From: Nitrospiraceae bacterium
GTDB lineage: Bacteria; Nitrospirota; Thermodesulfovibrionia; UBA6902
Assembly (NCBI GenBank): GCA_020356065.1
Contig: CP070632.1
Span: 700,128 to 764,127 of the forward strand
Direction of reading: 5' to 3'
Length of the DNA stretch: 64,000 nt
Below are positions 40,059 to 50,545 of this stretch, piece after piece. Below the pieces are notes generated by a model. That model saw only the letters and a list, made by a program, of their open reading frames with translations. It did not search any database and was not told the origin of the DNA. The position numbers and the translations under genes were made by a program. The stretch's first letter is position 1, and each line of letters opens with the position of its first letter.

Positions 40059-40502
40059 TTGGCTAAAATCGGCATATTGACCTGTTCAAACGCAACACAG
40101 GACCTGGGATGCTCTTCTGTGAGTTGTCTCGCTCATCTGCGAAAAAGGAAGGGGGCCTTTGCGGATTATCCTGATGACGAACCCCTTACATTGATCGGGA
40201 TTATAAACTGTCCGGGCTGCCCTACCCTTACCGGTGAAAATAAGCTTATTGAGAGGATCAGGGCATTAACAGCATTTGATGTTGATACCATACATTTTAC
40301 ATTTTGCATAAAATCACTCTGTCCTTTTAAGGAAAAATACAGAAAGGCCCTTGTAAGCAATTTCCCTGATATAAGAGTAGTCATAGGAACTCATGAAGAA
40401 CGTGTTAGTCCGGAGGAATACAGGGAACGTGTCAGGAACCTGTTTTGTCAGCCCAGAAAAACAATGGTTGATATCATACTCAACAAAGACAAAGAAGACT
40501 AA
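40059..40502 (+). CDS. CGGC-domain protein
   Basis: It starts at TTG. GILTCSNATQDLGCSS…INCPGCP… matches the CGGC-domain family of uncharacterised Cys-rich proteins. Confidence 0.65.
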   Translation: MAKIGILTCSNATQDLGCSSVSCLAHLRKRKGAFADYPDDEPLTLIGIINCPGCPTLTGENKLIERIRALTAFDVDTIHFTFCIKSLCPFKEKYRKALVSNFPDIRVVIGTHEERVSPEEYRERVRNLFCQPRKTMVDIILNKDKED

Positions 40503-40504
40503 CA

Positions 40505-41065
40505 ATGAAGAGATGTGAGTGGGCTAATTCAGACCAGCTGATGCGGAACTATCATGATGAAGAATGGGGGGTGCCTGTTCATGATGACCGGCGGTTATTT
40601 GAATATTTAATTCTTGAAGGGACACAGGCAGGTCTCAGCTGGTCAACCATTTTAAAGAAACGCGAAGAATATAGAATAGCGTTTTATAATTTTGATGCAG
40701 CAAAAATTCTTCGATATGTTCCGGGGAATATCTATAATCTCATGTCAAATCCGGGTATCATTCGAAACAGAATGAAAATTAAAGCTGCGGTTACCAATGC
40801 CGAAGCCTTTCTTGAAGTCCAGAGACAGTTTGGCAGTTTTGATGCGTATATCTGGCATTTCGTCGGTGGTAACCCTATCATAAACGCGTGGAAGAAACTT
40901 GCTGATATTCCGGTATTCACACAAGAATCAGAAGCGATGAGCAGGGACATGAAAAAAAGGGGATTTTCATTTGTCGGGTCAACTATATGTTATGCTTTTA
41001 TGCAGGCAGTGGGAATGGTAAATGACCACATAGTGGAATGCTTCAGATATAAAACATGCAAGTAA
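40505..41065 (+). CDS. tag: DNA-3-methyladenine glycosylase I
   Basis: CEWANSDQLMRNYHDEEWGVPVHDDRRLFEYLILEGTQAGLSWSTIL… is the Tag family. Confidence 0.9.
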   Translation: MKRCEWANSDQLMRNYHDEEWGVPVHDDRRLFEYLILEGTQAGLSWSTILKKREEYRIAFYNFDAAKILRYVPGNIYNLMSNPGIIRNRMKIKAAVTNAEAFLEVQRQFGSFDAYIWHFVGGNPIINAWKKLADIPVFTQESEAMSRDMKKRGFSFVGSTICYAFMQAVGMVNDHIVECFRYKTCK

Positions 41066-41075
41066 GGAGATACAT

Positions 41076-41645
41076 ATGAAATCGGCAATGCAATCATTAC
41101 TTACGGTTATGTTCATTAGTTTGATGTTATTGATGAGCATTTCCCTGTTTTATCCACAGGAGGCAATGTCAGCATCGGCAAAGGAGATCGACATCCGGGT
41201 GGATGCAGCACTGAAGCGGTTTAAAAAAGAAATTGGGGGCGGCAAGGAATTCCTTGAAAAGGCCGAGGCAGTGCTTGTATTTCCCAGGGTCATAAAAGCA
41301 GGTGCGGTTGTTGGAGGTGAATACGGAGAAGGAGCATTAAGAATCGGGGGAAAGACTCAACAGTATTACAGCACTGCGTCCGCATCGCTAGGTTTTCAGT
41401 TGGGAGCACAGTCCAAAACACTTGTTCTGGTGTTCCTTTCAAAAAAGGCGCTTTCAGAATTCAGAAAGAGTGATGGATGGAAGGCAGGCGTTGACGGGTC
41501 GATAGCAGTAATTAAATGGGGTGTTGGCGAAGATATTAACACAGTTGATATCAAGGACCCGATAGTAGGATTTGTATTTGGAAACAAAGGATTAATGTAT
41601 AACCTTACTATTGAAGGGTCCAAGTTTTCAAAAATCAGTCGCTGA
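41076..41645 (+). CDS. secreted SYLF (Ysc84-like, DUF500) lipid-binding-domain protein
   Basis: A signal peptide, then …EKAEAVLVFPRVIKAGAVVGGEYGEGAL… is typical of the SYLF domain. Confidence 0.6.
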   Translation: MKSAMQSLLTVMFISLMLLMSISLFYPQEAMSASAKEIDIRVDAALKRFKKEIGGGKEFLEKAEAVLVFPRVIKAGAVVGGEYGEGALRIGGKTQQYYSTASASLGFQLGAQSKTLVLVFLSKKALSEFRKSDGWKAGVDGSIAVIKWGVGEDINTVDIKDPIVGFVFGNKGLMYNLTIEGSKFSKISR

Positions 41646-41673
41646 GATCATCTGTCAATTGATACTCAGGTGA
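41646..41673 (+). terminator. possible stem-loop terminator after the SYLF gene (weak U tract)
   Basis: CTCAGGT gaattaattg ACCTGAG gives a 7-bp stem. The downstream T-run is poor, so confidence is low. Confidence 0.25.
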
Positions 41674-41757
41674 ATTAATTGACCTGAGTGCATAAGACTG
41701 TTTTGAAGGCATGACATCTGTTCATACCGGAAGAGTCTAAATCAGGAACACATACTC

Positions 41758-42870
41758 ATGTCCAAACTATTTGAGACTACAAACATAAACAGTATGACCC
41801 TGAAGAACCGTTTTGTTCGCTCTGCCACATGGGAAGGCATGGCTGATGAAGATGGGAAATGCAATTCCAAAATGACTGCACTCATGCGAAACCTAACAAA
41901 GGGCGGTATCGGCCTGATCATAACAGGCCACGCCCATGTGCTGCCGGATGGACAGGCAAGCCCTTTTCAAACGGGCATACATAGGAATGATTTTGTTCAT
42001 GGTTTAAAACAGGTAACAGAAGTGGTCCATAATGAGGGAGGTAAGATAGTACTGCAGATAGCTCATGCAGGATGCCAGGCTCTTCAGAGGTTTACATGTA
42101 AAGAACCTGCGGGACCATCCATTTTTGAATATAAGGGCAAAGTTATATGCAGGGAAATCACATACGAAGAGATACATGAGATAGTAAAAGCTTTCGGCAA
42201 AGCAGCAGAAAGAGCCAGGGACGCTGGATTTGACGGAGTGCAGATCCATGGCGCTCATGGATACCTGTTCAGTCAGTTTCTCTCACCTTTCTATAATAAA
42301 AGAACAGATGAGTACGGTGGACATCTTGAAAACAGGATAAGGCCGTTTATTGATGCGCTCAGGGAGATCAGAAAGATCGTTGGTGATGACTACCCTGTTT
42401 TAGTTAAAGTTAATTCTCAGGATTATGTTGATAATGGTCTAAATATAAAAGATATGGTTAAGATATCTAAAATTCTGCAACAAGAAGGCGCAGATGCCAT
42501 TGAACTCAGTGGAGGAACAATCCATGCTGACAGGACCCGTGTTCCTGTGAGGGCCGGAAACATTGATACTGAGGAAAAAGAGGTATTTTACCGTGAAGCT
42601 GCCATGGCATATAAGGAGGACGTCGATGTTCCTCTGATGCTGGTTGGAGGAGTCAGGTCGTATAATGTTGCAGAAAAACTGGTTCATAATGGAATCACTG
42701 ATTATGTATCTTTAAGCCGTCCGCTGATTCGTGAACCTGATATAATAAACCGCTGGAAGTCAGGCGACCACAGTAAATCCACTTGTATATCCTGTAATGC
42801 CTGCTTTAAGCCGGGAGTAAAGGGGAATGGTATATACTGCGTAGCTCTGAAAAAAGAGCAGGCAAAATAA
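41758..42870 (+). CDS. NADH:flavin oxidoreductase, Old Yellow Enzyme family, with C-terminal Cys cluster
   Basis: An FMN-binding TIM barrel (…IAHAGCQ…GFDGVQIHGAHGYLFSQFLSPFYNKRTDEYGG…) and a C-terminal C..C…C motif as in 2,4-dienoyl-CoA-reductase-like enzymes. Confidence 0.85.
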   Translation: MSKLFETTNINSMTLKNRFVRSATWEGMADEDGKCNSKMTALMRNLTKGGIGLIITGHAHVLPDGQASPFQTGIHRNDFVHGLKQVTEVVHNEGGKIVLQIAHAGCQALQRFTCKEPAGPSIFEYKGKVICREITYEEIHEIVKAFGKAAERARDAGFDGVQIHGAHGYLFSQFLSPFYNKRTDEYGGHLENRIRPFIDALREIRKIVGDDYPVLVKVNSQDYVDNGLNIKDMVKISKILQQEGADAIELSGGTIHADRTRVPVRAGNIDTEEKEVFYREAAMAYKEDVDVPLMLVGGVRSYNVAEKLVHNGITDYVSLSRPLIREPDIINRWKSGDHSKSTCISCNACFKPGVKGNGIYCVALKKEQAK

Positions 42871-43118
42871 CACTTAATATCTTATCGTTACACAGAGAGC
42901 AAGGTTGATTATGATGATATCAGCTAAATATCTGCAAAATTGATAAAGGTTACAGATTAGTGATACCCCTATTTACTATACTTCTTTGCTTCTGCCAGAG
43001 GTCCAGACACTGATGGTTATCAAGACATCGGTGTTAACATTCCACTTTCAATTACGAAACCTTATTCAATCTAAACTTTCCCCGAAAAGAACCGATATGA
43101 TAAAGAGCCTTATGAATA

Positions 43119-43790
43119 ATGTATCGAGTCTGTTCACATGTTTTTCATAGACCCTTGTGCAAAAAAGAGATAATAATGTTATCTGTAAACAGGAGATCTT
43201 CAAGATTTAAACCGGTAAAAGAGAAAAATACCGCACTTATAATTTCTATATGTATTCCCGTTTTATTATTTGCTCTCATTATTCTCGCAGTTGCTCTGCC
43301 CTCAATACTTAAAAAAAACAACGATAAATTTGAAAATGCAGCATTGAGTCGTCTGGAAACTATGAGTAACAATATGGATGAAGAAATAACTGCTCGTGCA
43401 CCAGAGACGAAAAGCATAAAAAAAGAGTTACCTGAAACCGATTCGAACAGTATTCATACTAAAGAATCACAAGACAGTGCAGTGATGGAAAACATGCATG
43501 GGACGGATAACACTCTTTCTTTAGTCTATACCATACAGGCCGGCAGCTTTAATGATCTGAATAGAGCAGAAAAACTGTATGATTTCATAGTGAATGAACT
43601 TGACTCAGAAGACCTGGCTTATCTGCGGATAGAGAAGGTTGGGCGGTACTATGCTGTACGGCTTGGAAAGTTCGGAGAACAGAGGAATGCAAAAATATTC
43701 CTGAATAAAATAATGTCTCATCTTTCAACTTTAAGCATGATGAAAGCCTATATAAATACAGAACGAATTGTAAAACTACATTCCTCCTGA
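43119..43790 (+). CDS. SPOR-domain membrane protein
   Basis: A single TM (ALIISICIPVLLFALIILAVA) and a C-terminal SPOR domain (…VYTIQAGSFNDLNRAEKLYDFI…YYAVRLGKFGEQRNAKIFL). The start may be the internal ATG at 43176. Confidence 0.7.
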   Translation: MYRVCSHVFHRPLCKKEIIMLSVNRRSSRFKPVKEKNTALIISICIPVLLFALIILAVALPSILKKNNDKFENAALSRLETMSNNMDEEITARAPETKSIKKELPETDSNSIHTKESQDSAVMENMHGTDNTLSLVYTIQAGSFNDLNRAEKLYDFIVNELDSEDLAYLRIEKVGRYYAVRLGKFGEQRNAKIFLNKIMSHLSTLSMMKAYINTERIVKLHSS

Positions 43791-43828
43791 CCGTCATCCA
43801 GCCGGGGTCAGGACTACATTTTTTATTT
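43785..43828 (+). terminator. rho-independent terminator of the SPOR gene
   Basis: An 8-bp stem TCCTGACC / GGTCAGGA with a 13-nt loop is followed by ACTACATTTTTTATTT. The stop codon lies within the stem. Confidence 0.6.
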
Positions 43829-43894
43829 ACTCTCAGACTCCCTTTCTTTTTCTGTCATCCTTCGTCCGCTGCGGAGCAGTTTAAAGTTGACGTC

Positions 43895-44590
43895 CTAATG
43901 AAACATACCATACCTGAAAATGACATATAACGCCCGCACACCGTCTTTCCAGTTTATTTTTTTACCTTCACTGTAAGTTCGTCCAGCATATGAAACACTC
44001 ACCTCGTATATTCTGCACCCCAACCTGCTTACTTTAATAGTAAATTCCGGCTCAAATCCGAAACGATCTTCTTCTAACTCAATCCTGTCCAGAATTTCTT
44101 TTTTAAATGCTTTATAACAGACCTCAATATCCGAAAGATTCAGATTGGAAAAAATATTTGAAAGCAAGGTTATGAGTTTATTGCCCACATAATGCCAGAA
44201 AAATAACACCCGATGGGCCTCCCCGCCTTTAAAACGGGAACCAAAAACTACATCTGCCTTTCCCTCAGAAATCGGCATTAATAATTTTGGATACTCTTGA
44301 GGATTGTATTCCAGGTCAGCATCCTGAATAATAATTACATCACCGGTGGCAGCCTTAAATCCGCTTCTTAGAGCGGCACCCTTCCCAAGGTTGTGATCAT
44401 GATAGATGACTTGAATTGAAGGATTATTTATTTCTAAAGATTTGAGATATTCCCGACTTCCATCTGTAGAATAATCATCTACAACGATAACTTCTTTTTC
44501 ACACTCCATTTGAACAGAAACTACTTTCTCCAAAATTTCTGCAATGGTTTTGCTCTCGTTAAAACAAGGTATCACGATTGATAATTTCAT
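43895..44590 (-). CDS. family-2 glycosyltransferase, polyprenyl-phosphate hexose synthase-like (DPM1/ArnC/GtrB-like, soluble form)
   Basis: [15 protein letters not shown]…[10 protein letters not shown]…IIQDADLEY… is a GT-A fold with DxD. It has no C-terminal TM helices. Confidence 0.85.
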   Translation of the reverse strand: MKLSIVIPCFNESKTIAEILEKVVSVQMECEKEVIVVDDYSTDGSREYLKSLEINNPSIQVIYHDHNLGKGAALRSGFKAATGDVIIIQDADLEYNPQEYPKLLMPISEGKADVVFGSRFKGGEAHRVLFFWHYVGNKLITLLSNIFSNLNLSDIEVCYKAFKKEILDRIELEEDRFGFEPEFTIKVSRLGCRIYEVSVSYAGRTYSEGKKINWKDGVRALYVIFRYGMFH

Positions 44591-44964
44591 AAACGCTTTT
44601 TTAACTTATGTATAAAATAAAATTATATTACATCAGTTTACAATACATGAATGCAAACTATCTTTCACACGGATGATCTCATAGAAGATCTCATGCGATC
44701 AAATGCGAAGATCCATATTTATTTATATTGATAGAGCTGTTGTGATGTTTGGTGTTATGCATAAAGTAAGTTTTGGATCGGGGAAATGCCTTTTTCGAAT
44801 ATTTCAATCGGTCCGTAATAGGCACATGGCAAATTATCAAGAATATAACAGGCGAACTTGATAACAGCTGGTAGAAGATTTATGTTATGCATTCACTGAT
44901 TCTCCTCCTTACAGCTGTTTCGCTCCTTCAGGATACGTTTGACTTCATATAAGATAAACGATGC

Positions 44965-46929
44965 TTATTCTGTCTTACTTTTTTTATGTGATGCTTCGGA
45001 CTTCAGGGTAATCAGATGTTCCCTCCAAATGAAAAGTTTTGAATATGATGAATTATCAGGTAAATTCTTATTAATAATATCAAGACCCTTTTCAATATCC
45101 CCCATCTTTTCTGCATACAATTTTGAAAGGGCTAAAACTGGATCACCATTACCCGGATAATCCTGTATTGCTTTCCTGTAAATCTTCTCTGCTTTTCCAT
45201 ATCTTCCGGAATATGAGTAAAGACCTCCTAAATTCAGCATAAGAGATAAGGATTTTGGAAACCGTGCATAAGATTGCTCGCACTGATTTGTCGTATTCTC
45301 AACTGTATTTTTGTCTGAGTCAATATTATTGGAGATTGCATAACATAAAAGCTCATTGACAGCTGAATGAAGCGGATGCTTTTTTATTAATCTCCGTAGA
45401 TGAGTTTCTGCTCTTGAATAATGACCTTCCCTCAGATATATTTTTGATAACTCAAGAGGAAGCCACTCATCTTCGGGACTGGCAGCTATAGCCTTTTCAT
45501 ATTCAATAAAGGCAAGTTCTTTCTTATCAATGTTAAGATATTTATTCCCCTGATTATAATAATCTGAAAAATAAGTTTCCTTATAACCTGGAAGTACATT
45601 TCCATAGACAAACCACCCTAAAATAACACATGCCGCCAGTAAACCAGTCAATAGCAGTATTTTTCTGTTTTTGATTGAGCTGTATGATATGGCAAGAGTC
45701 CTGGCAGATAAAATACATAGCGGCAACAGCATTATGATTCGATAGCGACCATATACAAAAAATAGCGTCAATGTTAGTGCTGAGCAGATAAGAAACCAAT
45801 GGATCAAATAAAATTTTTTTTCTTTTATTGTTAGTACGATGCCAATTAATCCAAGAAGTGCAGGCAGTCCAAATCCCCATAGTGGCGCTCCAAAAAAGGG
45901 GAGCCTGTCTTTATAAAATTCAAATGTTCTCGTATCTTTCACTTCTTCATTATTAAATGCCCATCGAAATTTTCTCAGAAATCTCTTGACTGAGAGTACA
46001 GGATTATTCCTAATTTCATAAATGCCCTGTCTAAACCAGAATCGTGATGACTCAGAAGGTTTCAGTTTCCTGTTTGTTCTCTTTTCAGCTTCCCTGTGAA
46101 AATCTCGTTCTTCTTTTGCCAGGCTTGCTACTGCAAACGATGGCGCCCAGTATTTCCCGGTTATATTTTCCTGATGATTACCCGTGTAAAAACTTTGACC
46201 GCTGTTAGAGGCAATAAGGACAAAATCCCGATCAGCAACATAATTATGGAGAGTCGCCGGCGATAAGGACACTATGCAACCTATGCTGAAGGCCGTTATC
46301 AGAGACAATGATTGTTTCCATTTTTGCCGATCAACAATAACTAAGTGGAATACTGCCAGAGGGGGTAATATGAGCAATGTTGCATGTGCCAATGATGCTA
46401 ATCCAACAGCTAATCCTGAGATCATCCAGGACAGAAAGTCTTTTCGCCCCAGGGCTCTTACAATAAGGAACAGGCTTACTGCTGTCATAAAACAGACTAA
46501 ACTTGTTTTTTCAGCAAAGAATTCATAGAAGATAGGCGGGAGGCAAAACCCATAAATAACGGTCGCAAGGATGGCATCTTTCTCTTTCAGAATCAATTGA
46601 GCTGTTAAATAGGTAAGAACAACTGAGCATAAACCAAGGATCAAATTGACAGATCTGATCAATAAAAGTGATTGCCCAAAAGTATGGTAGAGCAAACCCA
46701 AGAAATAAGCATAGAGTGGGGATGTGAAAAAGGCATGTTCTCTTATTAAATTGCCTTTTGAAATCGATATCGCCCATTGGTGGTATTTAAGTTCATCCCC
46801 GACCCTGAATTGCATATACACATCGTCTGAAGCAAACTTGAAAAAAACGAGACGAATTATGAAGATTACAAAAAAAATTAAAAAGAGGGCTATCCAGTTT
46901 CTGTTTTTATTTAATACATAATGTTCCAT
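44965..46929 (-). CDS. GT-C glycosyltransferase of the ArnT/PMT (GT39/GT83) family fused to C-terminal TPR repeats
   Basis: The N-terminal ~420 aa are polytopic with an ArnT/PMT-like first loop. The C-terminal ~230 aa carry multiple TPR motifs. Confidence 0.75.
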   Translation of the reverse strand: MEHYVLNKNRNWIALFLIFFVIFIIRLVFFKFASDDVYMQFRVGDELKYHQWAISISKGNLIREHAFFTSPLYAYFLGLLYHTFGQSLLLIRSVNLILGLCSVVLTYLTAQLILKEKDAILATVIYGFCLPPIFYEFFAEKTSLVCFMTAVSLFLIVRALGRKDFLSWMISGLAVGLASLAHATLLILPPLAVFHLVIVDRQKWKQSLSLITAFSIGCIVSLSPATLHNYVADRDFVLIASNSGQSFYTGNHQENITGKYWAPSFAVASLAKEERDFHREAEKRTNRKLKPSESSRFWFRQGIYEIRNNPVLSVKRFLRKFRWAFNNEEVKDTRTFEFYKDRLPFFGAPLWGFGLPALLGLIGIVLTIKEKKFYLIHWFLICSALTLTLFFVYGRYRIIMLLPLCILSARTLAISYSSIKNRKILLLTGLLAACVILGWFVYGNVLPGYKETYFSDYYNQGNKYLNIDKKELAFIEYEKAIAASPEDEWLPLELSKIYLREGHYSRAETHLRRLIKKHPLHSAVNELLCYAISNNIDSDKNTVENTTNQCEQSYARFPKSLSLMLNLGGLYSYSGRYGKAEKIYRKAIQDYPGNGDPVLALSKLYAEKMGDIEKGLDIINKNLPDNSSYSKLFIWREHLITLKSEASHKKSKTE

Positions 46930-47412
46930 CCTATAAAAAACTTTGAGAAGTTTTCTGAATACACAGAGTTCTTACCATGCTATCTTCACATGCTAATAAA
47001 GTAAGCGACTGCAAACTGATCCTTTCCAATAATACTAGTTGAGTCAGTTTAAAATATCAATACTGTACGCAGTATCTCATGAAGCAGATGCCAAAAACAG
47101 AATGTCACCCTTTTCTTCTCAAAAGTAAGCTGCACTCTATACCTTGCCCGAGACTCCTTACGAAGACAGCAGGAAAGACTGACGGGAACGCATGTCCGAC
47201 GATCCATACAGATATGCAGAACTAATACAATTACTTTTTAACTGTCAGGCCTTCCAGACCGTTACCCGATCGGTCCAGATTTGCCCGCTGATGGCGATAC
47301 AGGGGCGACAGACAGGGAAAGAATGAAAAACCATGAAACAAAATAGAGCTATGCAATGTGATTCAACGTCTGTGTGAACACCGGCCTGATGCAAAAGCCC
47401 GATACGAGGAAA

Positions 47413-50400
47413 TTAGACGGATTTTCTTTTAAATAATTTCTTTATGTCCTCACCGATCAGATACAATGATGGAACGAGCAGAAGAGTAAGGGGAGTGGCA
47501 AATAATAATCCATAACCCAGGGCAAGGGCCATAGGTCCCATATATATATCCGTTCCACCGATTCCGTATGCAAGCGGCAGAAGTCCTGCGACCGTTGTCA
47601 ATGTGGTCATTAATATGGCTCGAAGGCGGTTCGTTGCCCCCTGTACTACAATCTGGAGCATAGATTGAGATGGGTCCTGCTGTTTAAGCTCGTTAAGGTG
47701 GTTAACCAGAACGAGAGAGTCATTCACTACTACCCCGGCCATACCAACGACGCCAAGCATTGCAGTAAAGCCAAAAGGTTCAGCATGCAGAACAAACGCC
47801 AGTATAATACCTATAAGACCAAAGGGGATTGCAAGTAATACAATTACAGGCTGAGTTAGTGAGTTAAAGAGCAGGACAAGAAGGAAATAAATAACTATGA
47901 CCGCCATCCCAAATGCTATATAGAGACCCTGCATCGAACTCTCGGTCTCCTGAGCTTCTCCCCCAATCATAAAACGCATCCCGGGGTAATTCCTGTCCAG
48001 ATTGAAATGCTTTAAAAGGTCATTGGTCACTTTCAGGGAAGTCGTAACCTCCTGTTCAACATCCGCTGTTACCGTGACCGTCCTCTCCCGGTCAAAATGG
48101 TTGATATCATTGGGGCCGGATGCAATCTTTAGTTGTGCCACTTCTTTCAGTGAAATAAGCCTTCCCTGACGGTTCGGTATTTTCATTTTGTTGAGATATG
48201 CAAGTTTTTTTCTTGCTTCCTTCTTCAGGATGACCCGAAAATCCACATCTTCATCTCCATAGCGCACACTGGTAACAACTTCTCCGTCATATGCTATTCT
48301 TACATTCTGGGCAATGTCTGCCATGGTGAGCCCCAATCGTGCCAGTTTATCATAATCAACTTTTATTTCAACCTGTTCCTTTCCGGGGGCATCATCCTGT
48401 TCTATGTCTTTTACGCCTTTTATTCCAGCAAGATACGCTTCCACATCATTTGCAAGCTGCTTTCTCATGCGATCATCGGAACCGATAATCCTGACTTTGA
48501 CCGCCTTGCCGGTAGGCGGCCCGCCGGTTGCCACAGAAAAGGTGACATTATTAAAACCACCAATTTCATCGGTTTTCCGCCGTATCTCTTCAACGATATC
48601 ATCAGCAGTTCTCGTCCGTGAAGACCATGGGGTAAGGTTCACAATTATGGAACCATAATTCTCGCCTTCCCTCGGAGGATTATCCATAATGATCAGTGTT
48701 CCTATTCTTGTTACAAAAGAATCCAGTTCAGTGTCAGAAAGGTCTGAAATAATATCCTCTACTTTCTTTACCCTGTCTGATGTTGCATGCAGCGAGCTGC
48801 CGATAGGAAGTTCCATGCTGAGCAAAAACGTTTCTGCGCCTTTTGTGGGGAATAATATAAAGTCCATATTATTTGCAGCGTGATATAATGAAGCGAACAG
48901 CACGCCAATAAACAACAGCACATTCAGATATCTTAGCTTTAAGGGGTATACAATGAGTTTTTTGAATAGTCTCCTGAATTTCTCAAATAGCCCGTCATGC
49001 GTGTCTATTTGCATGGCAGCAGATTCTCTTGATATACAGCATGTTAAATGGGCCGGCAGTGCGATGGATACTTCCATCATTGATATAAACAGAGCAAGTG
49101 TAACCGTAAGGGGAATCACAAATATAAACTTCCCCATCATACCGGGCATGAAGAACATGGTTGCAAAAGCGGCAAACGTAGTAAGTATGGTTGTCAGGAC
49201 AGGCCGATATACCTCGTTAATACCGTTTACAGCAGCATCAAGTGGAGATTTACTGGTTCGCCGGTGCTCATAAATGGTTTCGGATACAATGATTGCATCG
49301 TCTACGATGATACCGATAACAATAATCATTGCCGTGAGTACAATAGTATCAAGATACACACCGAACATTGGCAGGAGGAAAATCACACCAAAAAAGGTAA
49401 CAGGGATACCAAGGGCAACCCAAAAGGCCATTCTGATGTTAAGGAAAAGAGCAAGAAGCACAGTAACGAGAACAAGACCGATGGCACCATTTGCAACTAC
49501 TATCCTGAACTGATTGCTCACATACTGAGATGTGTCATTAGAGTAAATTATCTCTACGCCATCAGGCATGAACTGCTGCTCCCCCTGTATAAGCTCCTTG
49601 ATCCTCTCAGATGTTCGGATAATGTCTGCAGACGGTTTATTAAACACGGAAAAAGAGATCGCATTTCTGCCATTCATGCGTGAGATTATCTTTTCTTTCT
49701 CAAAGTCATCATTAATGAAAGCAAGATCTTTTACCCTTACCAGTGGACCATCAAATGTAGAGCGAACAATGACATCTCCCACCTCCTCCGGCTTTCTGAA
49801 CTGGGCAAGGGTAACCACATTCTTTTCACTGGTATACGATTCCAGAGAGCCGCCGCTGCCTCTGATATTTCTCCCCTGAATGGCTGCTATGATTTCGTGC
49901 ATCGGTACCTGGTAGGTATCCAGGGCTTCAGGTGAAACCTCAACCTGCACTTCTCTCATCCGGTAGCCATATCGCGCAGTTCTGGACACGCCCTCGACAT
50001 TTTCAATCTTCTTTTCAAAGATACGGGCCAGTTCCCTGAGATTGTGATATGGGATATTACCTGTAATACCCACTTCTATAAAAGGATCAAACGGTGTTTT
50101 TACTTCCCAGATGTCAGGGGATTCTGTAACTTCAGGAGGAAAATCTGTTACCTGCCCTACCTCCCTTCTGACCTCATCTTTAACTTTTTCCATATCGTCC
50201 ACATCAGACTCTATATCCACACGAATCGATGAGACATTTTCCATTGAGATGGATGTGATCTCTTTCAAACCGGTTATTTCTTTCAGCTCATCTTCGATCT
50301 TGTTGGTTACATTGAGTTCGACATCTTCAGGTGAGGCTCCCGGGTAGTATGTTGTTATGATCATCCTTCCGATATCGACGTTTGGATATATATCACGTTT

Positions 50401-50499
50401 AATGACTGACAGAGTGGAAATGCCAAGAAGAAGTATCGTTATGGTAAACAGATTGGCGAACAGATGGCGTTCTGCAAAAAATCTGAAAAAACCTTTCAT
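47413..50499 (-). CDS. RND efflux transporter permease (AcrB/AcrD/AcrF-type, HAE1)
   Basis: 1028 aa with 12 TM helices and two large periplasmic loops, and a typical N-terminus MKGFFRFFAERHLFANL. Confidence 0.9.
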   Translation of the reverse strand: MKGFFRFFAERHLFANLFTITILLLGISTLSVIKRDIYPNVDIGRMIITTYYPGASPEDVELNVTNKIEDELKEITGLKEITSISMENVSSIRVDIESDVDDMEKVKDEVRREVGQVTDFPPEVTESPDIWEVKTPFDPFIEVGITGNIPYHNLRELARIFEKKIENVEGVSRTARYGYRMREVQVEVSPEALDTYQVPMHEIIAAIQGRNIRGSGGSLESYTSEKNVVTLAQFRKPEEVGDVIVRSTFDGPLVRVKDLAFINDDFEKEKIISRMNGRNAISFSVFNKPSADIIRTSERIKELIQGEQQFMPDGVEIIYSNDTSQYVSNQFRIVVANGAIGLVLVTVLLALFLNIRMAFWVALGIPVTFFGVIFLLPMFGVYLDTIVLTAMIIVIGIIVDDAIIVSETIYEHRRTSKSPLDAAVNGINEVYRPVLTTILTTFAAFATMFFMPGMMGKFIFVIPLTVTLALFISMMEVSIALPAHLTCCISRESAAMQIDTHDGLFEKFRRLFKKLIVYPLKLRYLNVLLFIGVLFASLYHAANNMDFILFPTKGAETFLLSMELPIGSSLHATSDRVKKVEDIISDLSDTELDSFVTRIGTLIIMDNPPREGENYGSIIVNLTPWSSRTRTADDIVEEIRRKTDEIGGFNNVTFSVATGGPPTGKAVKVRIIGSDDRMRKQLANDVEAYLAGIKGVKDIEQDDAPGKEQVEIKVDYDKLARLGLTMADIAQNVRIAYDGEVVTSVRYGDEDVDFRVILKKEARKKLAYLNKMKIPNRQGRLISLKEVAQLKIASGPNDINHFDRERTVTVTADVEQEVTTSLKVTNDLLKHFNLDRNYPGMRFMIGGEAQETESSMQGLYIAFGMAVIVIYFLLVLLFNSLTQPVIVLLAIPFGLIGIILAFVLHAEPFGFTAMLGVVGMAGVVVNDSLVLVNHLNELKQQDPSQSMLQIVVQGATNRLRAILMTTLTTVAGLLPLAYGIGGTDIYMGPMALALGYGLLFATPLTLLLVPSLYLIGEDIKKLFKRKSV

Positions 50500-50545
50500 C
50501 CGTATAATTCCTTTTTCGTGAATGCTTATGGAGTATTGAAGAATA

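Noticed and set aside
47207-47341. 44-codon ORF (MSDDPYRYAELIQLLF…) in the GC-rich island
   Set aside because: No ribosome-binding site is present. The region looks more like structured RNA or leader than coding.
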